From Phallusia mammillata (Eukaryota): a DNA stretch of 64,000 bases. The DNA is taken from assembly GCA_965637545.1 (NCBI GenBank), contig OZ281501.1, forward strand, positions 16,616,001-16,680,000, in the 5' to 3' direction. The notes below the pieces were generated by a model that searched no databases, was not told the origin of the DNA, and saw only the letters and a program-made list of their open reading frames with translations. This document shows, in pieces, positions 51,601 through 61,431 of this stretch (position 1 is its first letter; the number at the start of each line of letters is the position of its first letter). Both the position numbers and the translations under genes were made by a program.

Positions 51601-54600
51601 CATGCCTTAGCATATAGTGCGACGACGCTGCAAAAACACTTGTTGCCCTCCTCACATGCACACGCGTCTTTCTTGCAGTTGTCAAAATATTTTTCCACCT
51701 CTACATGCTTTCTGCATTCCTCGAACACTTCGTCTTCCAGAATCAGGCAATCTTGCGTTGCTGCAATAGCTGTAAGATTTTGGTACATTATTGAAATATT
51801 GCCAAAAGGTTGCTGCAAATCTGGTAAATTAATTTTCAAATTGAATAAGATACTAGTTTTTTTCTTTAATCATACAGGTTTGCTGTGTTTCGATTTAATA
51901 CAACTGCAAATACTGAATGCTAGTTTATTGTCACCAACTTAGAAGTTATTAAAATTTCGAAAATGGCCTGCAAAATGTTACATGTGGACTACTTTTTCTT
52001 GTCAATCAATCAAGCAAAAATATAATTAACTAAAAATAGGATGAATGGTTGTATTTTAAGTCGCTTCGTTGAACTTGCAAAATCTTATAACCGCGTTAGG
52101 TCCATCAAAGTATTTCAAATACCCTTTTAGCATCAATTACCAACCGCCGATGCCTTTTACGGCTCAAGACACATGTACATGTAGTGTTACCTTCACTTAC
52201 AAAGCACTTTCAATTCAGGCAAACCCCTATTGAACTACTTTGGCATCCAGGAAATTAAACTCTTTGGGCAAAGAAACGGGTTCAAAGATTTTAAAGATCA
52301 TTTCCCGTTTATTATCTGCATAAATTCTGTGCTTTGGGAGAGGGTTTTGTTATTAAGGTTTTTTTGGTTTAAAATATTATTTGAAGGAAACTGACGTTTT
52401 CGTTCAACGTCAACACAACTCGCAATCAAACAGACGAAATGTTAAAACACGGATAAATCCTGTCCTAACCATAAAATGCTTTAATTACCGGAACCTGCTC
52501 CCATTCTTTGTGCTGACGCAAGAATGAAGCAGAGCGTTTTTGTTTTAGGGGACCAATAATTTTTCACACTACTTACATTTTTGGGTGTCGAATTTACAAG
52601 CGTCTTCCTCAGCAGTAGCTGGGTCAACATCAGGACAAGATGGCGGGTATTTCCATGAGTTACCGAAAACGATTGGTTGGGTTTCTAAGAAGCCGTACTT
52701 CGTTGTAAAATCGTCGATGGTTTTTGAGTTATACAAACCCACAAGTCCACGAATGTTTTCTGTAAAGTTATAACGGTTGCTGAAACAAAAGTCGGATTGA
52801 GTCAAATTAATTCGAAACTAGCCTGTAATTAAAAAGATGTTCTTCGTTATTGCGGACTTCAACTATACAGTCTTGAGACAAGGAGTTTTGAACTATTTTT
52901 TTTTCAGTACAGGTGTTTTACCACAGGAAAATTGTTTGCTAGATTCTCCTAAACCGCTTTATTTGATCCCATGACTCTGAACGGTAATCGTAAACCGACA
53001 TGCATATTGGGAGTAAATTGTCCATGTTAGTAATCAAGTGCGTGGTTTACGTGATCACGTAAATCGTCATGGGTAACAAATAAACCGCCGGGACGATATT
53101 TTCACAAACGTATAAGGTTTCAACGTCTTGCGATATTTGAGTCGCAAAGTTTTCTGAAAAACAACTGAAATTCCCTTTGCCCGTGAACGTCAGACCCACG
53201 CACTAGACGACTTCCGTATGGTTTAACGTGGCAAAACAAAACTTCATGTTATTCTATATTTGAACGTGCACAAGTCATTGTGGTATAACCCTCGTTTATT
53301 TCCAGTTGAGCATGAAAACCAAGAAGCTGTGGATGTTAACCAACCATGTAAAGTCTTCAACGTTATTGCCTAACAAAACCGAAATAATATTACTCATTGA
53401 CACCGAAGAGTCAGCGAAGTCTGGTATTTTGCAATTTTACGCTTAAATCACTTCACGGAATTATAACCTGATGACGTACACATGTTAACTTGCTGAAAGA
53501 AGTGTTTTTTTGCAAATTTATCTCTGCACTGTTTGCCACCTACGACAATGCGACGTTGTTTTCGTCTCTAAATCGTGCGTAACAAATGCTAAATCATTTG
53601 ACACGTTTTACAATAACATGTTATTTGTACTTGATTTTAGGAAACCGAAAGATGTGTCAAATGCGGTTGACTGTTTGACCTTTTCAAGGTTATTAATTTG
53701 GAAGTTTATATTTTTTACATTACTCTTTGATTGATCAATAAAAATTCTTTACTTATCCAACAAAGTCCGTTTAACTTTATTGGGGTAGTCTTGAAATTTA
53801 AACCCACTTACCTTGGAACGACTTTGGTACAGTCACTTGCACCGAGACACCGTCCCACAATACGCGCACTCCAGTTGGTCCAATGACAGCTTCGATGTAA
53901 ATTGACGACAGTTGATAAACGGTAATCTTGCCTGCGTTATAAGATACATTGTCATGTTGAATACTGAAAGCCGACATTTTGTGAAGTGGAATTTTCATTT
54001 TTTGAATACATGTGCGTGTGGGTGTGAATGGTATACAGTAGGTTTTTATGGAACAGTTTAGAAATACGAAGCACGAAAACAAAGTGAAGCAATAAATACC
54101 CGCAAAACATGCACGTTTCATTTTTTGACCGAGTCCAAGTTGATTAAAACAACAACCATTTTTAAGTAAATCTCAACGAACGAAACCACCGGGAAACTTC
54201 ATCTACTGGCGACCATCCAGTGGGACGGTTTCCCAGGTAAAGATAGAAAGAGGGTCTTGACAGGGTAAACATAGTCTGACAAGAATGCGCCGGAGTGGTG
54301 CAGCGTAAAAAGCCGCAGCCTACGAGCTCATTTGGAAACTACCAAAATGAACGCTAGTTTCATGTCGGATTTCATCAAGGTAATTGCATTTTTGCGGTTA
54401 AAAAGTGGGGTTTACCAAGTTCTTTCCGGGGCGTGAGACAAGGCCCATGGTACACTAAAGAGAATAATTTGCGCTTAGTTAACTGTTTCTAGCGAAGAAG
54501 TCACCCCAAAAGTCCCACCAGGTTTCAGTCTCAGATAGGCAATAATGTTTGTAAAACGGAGGGTGGTGAAGAATATTTACCGTTGCTGGTTGGTAGTTTT

Positions 54601-57600
54601 GCCTCTACGTTGTTCTGCACTCTGACTTCGTTGTTTTGTCCCAGGGTTACGTAGTAAGAGAACGAATCCCTGCTGTAGGTTACCAACACTTTTCTGCAAG
54701 ACAAAAAAATAAACAAGTAATAAACAAGTGTGTCAAAACGATATTTTTTATTCCTTTTTCATAAAACCAAATCACACTTACGAAAACCAAACACAAAATG
54801 TAAACAGAAAAAGCATTTGAAGTTTAACCGAACGCTGTTATCGTTATTGCATTCTTTTTTATTACACTCTTAACGCAATTAACATTACCAAACATTATGA
54901 TAAGCTCCTGCAAAAAGATTTAAATTTAACAAAAACACATCCAACAAATAAGGGCGTAATACAGACTTTACGGCATTTGCACGTTTAACCACCATAACGG
55001 TATTTTAGTTTCGTAACAAATAATATCAGCGAGAACTGGTCAAGCGAGACGTATTCGGGCTTTGCAAACGTAAAGTCAGCAGCGTTGCACAAAGCCAAGG
55101 TAAAATAGTTTGACATTACCAAAGCATTTTTTCTCGCACCTTATACATGAGTACTGAGAAAGGTGGCCACATTTCTCGATGGTGACATATATGGCAAATG
55201 AAGGCTCCGCCGATGTGTCTTCAGCAAACATATACTCACACTGACTGCCGGGAAAATTGTACCAAGTGCTGTCCAATGTTCGAAAGTGAGCAAAGCCAGA
55301 AGCAACGGCCACGCCTATACATTGTAAGATCGAAGCCGACTTGGTTAAATGTGATTTGTAATGCCCAACGCTGAAATCATTAAGTTCAGAATCCCCATCT
55401 TATGTTTAGTTAGATTTGTTCTATTGCTGTTATTTATAGTTAATTGCAAACTACTGTTGCATCCTATTTATTGATAAAGTTAATTGTTAACGAAAACGTT
55501 TATTGTTATATATTGTTACTCACTTGGACAATCCTTTTTAGCGATTTCCCATTCAGAACCTTTGCAGAGTCTAAAGAACAAAAATAATTGAATGAAAATC
55601 AAATGGTGATACTTACATAAAAGTTGTAATAACCAAAAAACTCCAAATTTCTTAAATTAAAGGTGCTGTATTCTACTGTACAATACAATCTGTCGATATT
55701 AAAGACCCAAATGCAGCGAGGTTATATTTCTTCACAATCAGCTTTGAAAAAATGCGCCGAATTTGCGTGAGCGCAAACACGTGGCATGACGGGAGCGACT
55801 ACCTTTGCAATACGAGACGGCTAAGTCAGGTTTGGAGTGACATTGGTAGAGTGCGGTTTTCAACAGATCTCTGGTTGTTAGCAAATTGTCTACGTGGCAA
55901 CGTTGCTACTGTTATGTGCAACAGCCCTTTTTAGATTTACCAGCTGCCATTCAGATTAATAGAAAACTACCCATTCGGCTTGTAAATCGATAATGAAGGT
56001 TAACCATATTACCTTAAATCAACTAGCGTTAACTTTGAATTTTTTTTTGTGGAGGTGTGTGTGTGCTAATCTTATGTTACTTCGTAAAATAAAAAAAATG
56101 ACATTCCTATAGCGAATTCAACGTTTCACGGATCCGGATACGGCGGTTTCAGAAATGGAAGTGGTACATAACCTAAATTTGTTCAAGTGAAAATTTTCAC
56201 GGTCCAAAAGCCGAAGCCGGATACACGTAGGTTAATTATTGGCAAAAATCAGGCCTCTTGGGGAATAAACGTGACAAAATAAATACACGTTTTTTTGCAC
56301 TTCACGCACCAGAAACGAAAACCCTCTCTTACTCATACCCATGTATGTCAAGAATGGTTACCACCTGAACACGTTCTTCTGTTTTGAAATTTTATGATCG
56401 GGGACGTGTTCAGAAATGACTAACCGGAACTGTACTACTAAGTAAAACAAACAAGTATTTAAATTTCCCAAAGTTTGATTTAATGCGGCTACTCCATGGC
56501 ACACGTTTTTAGCACGCTAATGAAACCACATGAAAATAAATCGTATGAACATTCTAAACTGCGTTGATTTGCTTTTTGGTAGTCTTTCTTACCTTGTTTC
56601 GCATGCAGAAGTGATCTCCTGACCCGGTGGGTAACTGTTGCCAGCATATTCGCAAGGACAATCGTCTTTTGCCACGCAGTTTGAGCCATCCCAGTAGGTA
56701 CCTGCAAACAAGGCGGGTTAAATCAACCGTGACGACTCATACCAACTGACGTTACGTTACGACACTCGAAATAGGATCTAAACGCCAGTGACAAATCATG
56801 GGAATCGTTTTAAAGGATTAGTGGACAAATAGAAGTGGAAAATTATGTTTATCTATTCTAAGCCTATATCCTGGTCCGTGACTTAAGTCGAATCCCCTAG
56901 ACAAATTTTGGCCGATAAAACGCTTATGGACAAAATCGTGCAAGTTTTCAGCGTTTTTCAACTTTTGTAATTTGTTGTACATAATAATTTTGGTGAATAG
57001 AACAGCAAAACATTAAAAAACTAGACATATATAAGCTATTGCTACCAGTCATAATATCAAGTTTATAGACCTCTTCTAGCAATTGTATTTTTATTCCGAC
57101 GTTTCGACGTCCTATATTAAAAACAAACTAGTTTGCGCGCTATGACACAAGGTGAAAATCTATTGACCTTCGCTAGATTTCAAACCATTCAATTCTTACC
57201 TTCTCTACAATGACACCCGCTCGAGCAGTCCGTGCCACAGTTGCCGTTGCCAGGGTTTTTACACGATGACAGGCAGCTTGGACCGCATTCCAAATATACC
57301 TGATTGCCCGGGCATGGGCGACCTACAAAAAAGGAAAGATACAACTCAATGACGTCATCAATCATGACGTCAAAACGCATACTTACTGCATGAGGTCGGT
57401 GTTCTCCAGTTACCGACTGTATAGTCTGCTCGGGCGCAGTCCTCGGCGTACCTGGACACGATAGCGCAGTGGCAATCTTGTCGATTATTGAGTCCGCATC
57501 TACATGCATCTTGAATGCAATTATCCCAAGATCCGGACACTAGGATGTGTGGGTGGCACTCCGAAAAAGCCGACGATTCCAGCACGGCACAAACTGATCT

Positions 57601-60600
57601 GGCAAACTTAAAACAAGGTTATTGAGTACTGTAATGACAAAAATGTAGATATGCTGAAGAGCAGCCAAAAAGGCAAAAAATCATGTATAGAAATAGTCTG
57701 TAAAATACGTAAAATGGTTTACATTTCCTTTTCTTAGAAGTAACGACTATGACCATACCACTGCTCTTTTTGAAGGTGAGTTTGTGGTTGCAAAAATATA
57801 AAGGTACATACTGCAATTAGCTCCGTATTGTAGCAGAGATCATCCTTTATTTGCCGTCCTGCGTTGCAAGTCTCATCAGGGTCATCCTTTTTCCAGCGCA
57901 CATCTAAAATGATGAAATGAAATAAATATAAAGCAAAAAATGTATGAAAAAAGCAAAAACAAAATCATACCAACACTAGTATAGTCAAAACCATCGGTAT
58001 ATCCACACAATCCCTCTACGGTACTTGCAGGGTCACTGCTGACTGTCAAATCGATGGAAAACAGCTTCTTGTCAATCGTCAGTTTTTGTCCATCAAACTG
58101 CACGAAGATGTTCCACTTAAATTCGGTTATAGTTATTCCATACTTTGCGAGGGGCAACGTGGCTCTGAAACACAAAACGCGGCAAAAAATCCATCAGTAC
58201 TTTGTGGCCGTGATTTGTGCAAAAATATAAAAGTTTAGGCATTAAGCCCCCCGTACAAACTATTCCCTACAACAAAAATACGATAAACGAAACAAACACG
58301 TCGCACGTTTTGTAAACCCTTGTGGGCATGGGCACGTACAAATTTTAAACCAGAAATTTTTTCTCATATACTTAAAATTTTAGCAGAACCTTCATGTACT
58401 TCATTTAAGTAGATAAAAAAGTATTTTTTTGCCATTCGAATAGCTTTATTCCTCTACTTTGAAAAAGAGTAAAACCAATTTTTTATAAGTCGAGCAAATA
58501 CAATGACGAGCAACTTACTCAACATTGTCAAACAGGATCGTGCCGTTTCTGTAGATTGTAACTGTGGAGGAACCGGATTCTACAGTGACATATTTAATAC
58601 AACCGGTGTCGTTCGCTGGACAGTTTGGGCGATAACGAAGCAGAACCTTAAGAATGTGAAATAGCATTTGAATCGGATTAAGGCCTACATATAAATTCAA
58701 AATAATGTGATGTAAATATGTAACATGAAAAAAGGTAAATTTGATACGTGTCGTAAAAACAGATTACCATAAAAAATGTTTTATCTCGTGAAAGTAACTA
58801 AATATGCACAGTTAAGCACGAACTGAAGTAACTAAAAAAATCTCCAAGCCAGAAACAATTCTTTCGTTAACGGAATAATTTTATGCTTTATAAAAGTAAA
58901 ATATATTATTTACGAAATCATACTTATTTCGGCTAAAACTCACAGTGAAGGAGTTGTCTGCTGTACGTTCTATTGACTGAGCCAATATGTACTGGCAAGA
59001 ACCAAGAAACTTGATCCCAGTGTTATCAAAAGTCCGAATCTCGCCATCGCCGTACACGGAACAGGTTTGCAACGGAAAAACAAAGTCATCCGGGGCAAAA
59101 TGTACTGCGTCGTTTTCGTGGTAGCTACCTATAAATAAGAATAAAAAGTTATGTTTGTACATAGATTAATAAGAATTATATTTAAATAAGAAATGCCGGT
59201 GCTATATATATTCTTTTCAAAAAATATAATCTTACAAATTGCCTAAAAAGCACTAATTGATTCACGTATGCTAAAAGGTTCAGCTTTTATACTAGTTGGT
59301 CTTTGTAGGAGATTCAATGCGTTAATTTTCATGAAAGTTTCATTTTCTATATGGCCAGTAAGTTACAGTACTGCTGGCAAAAAAAAGTTTGGGCATAAAA
59401 CTAAACAAATAAGGTAGAAATGAAGGTGACATACTATAGGCACATCTGTAACCGCCCAAGCCGTGAGCGCATGTGCATTCTGAGATACCCGAACAAACTC
59501 CTTCGTTGAAACAGAAGTTTTCCGGGCAGTCGGCTGCAATGGCAAAAAAATTATAGTAAAACAACGAAGCACTGGGTTGTCAACTTTTACTCACGCTCGA
59601 CTTGAAAGCGGTAGGTGAGCATAAAGCCTTGAGCGGATATGAAACCGTTTGACACAAAGTGCAACCGGACTGAGTTACCAGTTGACGGAATGGTCAAACC
59701 CTCTAGTTGCATGGCACAGTGCCGTACGTCGGGCATGTTTGTACCCTCCACAACAAGATAGTCGTCTCTGCAACAAAGTGTAACACTCTTTTTGAATCTG
59801 GTGAATTGTTATCACTGAACGCTAAAGTTAATAAATTTTGCCTTTCTTACCAGGCTGTAGGCAAGCACAAGCAGTTAAAACGTTTAAATACTTAAAATAT
59901 GTGGATGTCTTATTCTATGACATTTGCTCATAATCGGAGTGAGCAATTGATCTGGCCGCAGTATTTGGTTGTAATTTATCACAGAACGTAATACAGAGCA
60001 AATCTTGTAGTTGGATAACGTACCGACACGAGTCTGAATCTTCAAGGTTAAAGTCTTGGAAAATGAGTTCTATGTGGTAATGCTCAGGAGCCTTTATTTC
60101 CCATGTGCAGTTGAGACCAGCGGCATAGGCATTCGGATATAAAGGAGTTTCAATCGCTCCTTTATCGTCCGTTAAAACCCCACCACAATCTGAAACGCGA
60201 AAAGATTTGATTATGTAACACAAAAAACGCAACGTCGATAACAAAGGTTCGTAATTTGGTGTATATACACTATGTACAGTTGTAAAGGTATGACAAAACG
60301 TATAGCTCATTTTTCACGCAATTTGGCGTAGATTAAAAATGAAAATATGCTAAACCATTATTCCCCTGTGTTTATCACGCCACATAGTACGCATCTTTTA
60401 TTCGACATAAGTTAACATAGAACCCGTTTCTGTTGCAGCCTTTAAACCCCACTCAATGCAAACCAGGCATTGCACCTAACCTTTGTGAGGTTTGTTTCGC
60501 ATCGTTAGTTTGGTACAAAACGCCAAGACAACGTTGTTTAATCCTACAAATGTTGAACAAGCCCACCAGTGCTTTCAGTTTTAACTTGGTACAAGATCGG

Positions 60601-61317
60601 CTGGTTTATGCCTGAATTAATAGAAATCCGCAAGTTTACCCGACAGAATTATTTGTTTAAATAATTTTGTGCGCAATGCTAGCGAACTTAAGCACCATAT
60701 ATCCTATTTGCTAATGAAAGCAAGTTAAAGGACGAGTTAGTTAATGCTGATCCGACGCATATATGCCATTTAAACCACATGTTTACCTCTAAATAATGCG
60801 ATGCCGGTTAGAATCCAAGCCCTTGAGTTTGGAAGAATTACGGTACGATTAACGTCATATTCGTTTGACGCACAAAACCGCATAGCGTATAGTTTAAATC
60901 AGGTCCACAAAAGAGTTGTATACAGTAATCGACCGACACCAAGCGTGAAGAAATCGCGTCGGTGCTAGAGTCTAATAGACAAAACATCGAACAATATGCA
61001 AAGATTTGCGGCACTCACATGGTTTACAGAAACAACTTAAACTTACTTTCTACCGGGCATGGTGTCACCATGCACGTTGCCGATTCAAGGTCGTCATCCG
61101 GATTCTGGGAACAAGGGGTTGTGTCACTAAAATCAACCGCCTTACAATAACGACGTCGAACACGAGTAGCTTGGCCGCAAGTTTGAGTGCAAGACCCCCA
61201 AGGGAGCCATTCTGACCAGCTTCTTGCCTCTGATAACCCTACGAAAGCCAACATTGTCGCAAAAAGCAGAGCAGTGGCCAACCATGGGCGCTTAGACACT
61301 CTCTTCCCCCAAACCAT
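11414..61317 (-). CDS. Giant secreted von Willebrand factor/gel-forming-mucin-like protein; 70 exons, 21,864 nt CDS, 7,287 aa (manual model)
   Basis: Exons in transcript order, all GT-AG with matching phases and no in-frame stop: 61317-61047, 60189-60024, 59767-59595, 59533-59435, 59128-58944, 58646-58519, 58164-57971, 57903-57812, 57606-57387, 57322-57200, 56701-56593, 55570-55524, 55314-55140, 54693-54581, 53931-53812, 52759-52577, 51769-51554, 51328-51200, 50951-50837, 50584-50544, 46297-46160, 45787-45661, 45168-44895, 44518-44309, 43688-43452, 43086-42930, 42572-42437, 42026-41935, 41534-41296, 41052-40864, 40582-40393, 39975-39745, 39387-39200, 38754-38644, 38256-38128, 37703-37515, 36819-36630, 36492-36369, 36036-35913, 35614-35416, 34950-34800, 34723-34558, 34201-34105, 33748-33557, 33142-32783, then five four-exon units (see the array feature), then 15320-13714, 13511-13335, 12991-12805, 12647-12483, 11577-11414. 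The summed length is a multiple of 3. Domains were recognised by motif: signal peptide, TSP1, CUB, EGF, four VWD-C8-TIL assemblies, CysD, VWC-like modules and CTCK. Confidence 0.9.
11640..11820 (+). mobile_element. 3' remnant of a LINE (CR1/L2-clade-like) in the last intron
   Basis: The frame from 11678 reads [42 protein letters not shown]. This resembles the conserved post-RT C-terminal motif (..Y.GPKLWNSLP.E.K...S...F...L...L) of CR1/L2-type ORF2. Confidence 0.55.
13714..32715 (-). repeat. Intragenic tandem array of a ~3,479-bp four-exon unit (5 full copies plus a partial sixth)
   Basis: Exons A (1764 nt), B (245), C (325) and D (111). Copy 1: 32715-30952, 30544-30300, 29991-29667, 29514-29404. 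Copy 2: 29236-27473, 27065-26821, 26512-26188, 26035-25925. Copy 3: 25757-23994, 23586-23342, 23033-22709, 22556-22446. Copy 4: 22278-20515, 20106-19862, 19553-19229, 19077-18967. Copy 5: 18799-17036, 16628-16384, 16075-15751, 15598-15488. Partial sixth A exon: 15320-13714. Exons and introns are near-identical between copies. Confidence 0.97.
33166..33421. mobile_element. Composite hAT MITE in the intron just upstream of exon 45
   Basis: Degenerate left TIR CATCGGTTCCTAACC and right TIR GGTTGGGAACCGCTG, with a perfect 8-bp TSD CTTTAGTG on both sides. An extra internal right-TIR-like AGTTGGGAACCATTG lies near 33335-33349. Confidence 0.8.
33557..36492 (-). CDS. D4 assembly (VWD4-C8-TIL) of the giant gene
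   Basis: [22 protein letters not shown]; [16 protein letters not shown]; C8 [18 protein letters not shown]; [26 protein letters not shown]. Confidence 0.88.
35051..35222. mobile_element. hAT-type MITE
   Basis: TIRs CAGTTTTTTTTAAGGT ... ACCTTAAAAAAACACTG with a perfect 8-bp TSD GTTACAAA. Confidence 0.8.
37054..37398. mobile_element. hAT (Charlie-like) MITE
   Basis: TIRs CAGTGGTTCCCAACC ... GGTTAGGAACCACTG with a perfect 8-bp TSD CACTATGG. Confidence 0.88.
39541..39646 (-). mobile_element. Penelope-like retroelement terminal fragment with a degenerate hammerhead core; second truncated copy at 57028-57115
   Basis: The - strand reads CTGATAA..GAC..GTCGAAACGTC. About 70 bp of adjoining sequence (ATATAAGCT..CCAG.CATAATATCAA..) is shared with 57028-57115, which retains GACGTCGAAACGTCG. 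Confidence 0.5.
40864..41534 (-). CDS. Single CysD (Mucin2_WxxW-like) domain exons
   Basis: [54 protein letters not shown] matches the CysD spacing. The WxxW tryptophans are replaced by FSEY. Confidence 0.8.
41935..46297 (-). CDS. D'D3 assembly of the giant gene
   Basis: TIL' [18 protein letters not shown]; VWD3 [57 protein letters not shown]; C8 [14 protein letters not shown]; TIL3 [18 protein letters not shown]. Confidence 0.88.
43228..43312. repeat. 40-bp tandem duplication, probably inside a degenerate MITE
   Basis: CCGAAGCATACCGTGGTTTTCAAAATAAACCAGACCCGAT occurs twice in perfect tandem. Confidence 0.85.
43990..44117. mobile_element. Truncated hAT-like MITE (right end)
   Basis: Ends in GGACGGTATGGCAACCCTG (CAGGGTTGCCA-type TIR) with repeated GGACA motifs. 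No matching left TIR or TSD was found. Confidence 0.45.
45344..45632. repeat. ~56-bp intronic minisatellite, about 5 copies
   Basis: The unit AAATGGTTGTAGCAATGAATTTAAATGCGTATTTTTAACCAGACAAGTGATTTTTA starts at 45344, 45400, 45456, 45511 and 45567, with a partial copy at 45623. Confidence 0.9.
47804..47849. repeat. 23-bp perfect tandem duplication
   Basis: AAAGGGCAGGTGGCCATATTGAG x2. Confidence 0.85.
48288..48676. mobile_element. hAT-type MITE in the 4.2-kb intron
   Basis: Right TIR GGTTGAGAATCACTG, degenerate left end CAGTGGGACC, and a perfect 8-bp TSD ATTTAGGG on both sides. Confidence 0.65.
49200..49450. promoter_or_regulatory. GC/CpG-rich promoter-like island inside an intron
   Basis: CCACGTCACGTGG (CRE/E-box overlap, 49270-49282), CCAAT (49292-49296), tandem CCGGAAG/GCGGAAG ETS-type sites (49313-49326) and an oppositely oriented ATTGG (49385-49389). 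Confidence 0.35.
50544..55314 (-). CDS. D2 assembly (VWD2-C8-TIL-E) of the giant gene
   Basis: [55 protein letters not shown]; C8 [32 protein letters not shown]; [26 protein letters not shown]. Confidence 0.88.
55524..59128 (-). CDS. D1 assembly (VWD1-C8-TIL-E) of the giant gene
   Basis: [29 protein letters not shown]; C8 [35 protein letters not shown]; [28 protein letters not shown]. Confidence 0.88.
59435..61317 (-). CDS. N-terminal signal peptide, TSP1, CUB and EGF exons of the giant gene
   Basis: Hydrophobic leader [20 protein letters not shown]; TSP1 [22 protein letters not shown]; [53 protein letters not shown]; [27 protein letters not shown]. Confidence 0.9.
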
Positions 61318-61410
61318 GATGGAATTAGAGAATCAAAACTAGTTTTCACAAAAGCCGGTTGGGACGATTATTCAATCTACCCCTTCGGAATGGCTTTTAT
61401 GGGGAGAACA

Positions 61411-61431
61411 TTGGGGCTTATATAGCCCCAA
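61411..61431 (-). promoter_or_regulatory. Candidate TATA box of the giant gene, with a CCAAT box at 61685-61693
   Basis: TATATAA on the - strand (61418-61424), about 100 nt upstream of the ATG, embedded in the inverted repeat TTGGGGCT..AGCCCCAA. AACCAATCA lies further upstream on the - strand. Confidence 0.5.

Noticed and set aside
11414-61317. Naming the gene VWF, MUC2/5, SSPO (SCO-spondin), otogelin or hemolectin
   Set aside because: It has no VWA domains (unlike VWF), no PTS (unlike mucins), and no LDLRA, FA58C or TSP1 array (unlike SSPO and hemolectin). Orthology needs a phylogeny, so the symbol is left empty.
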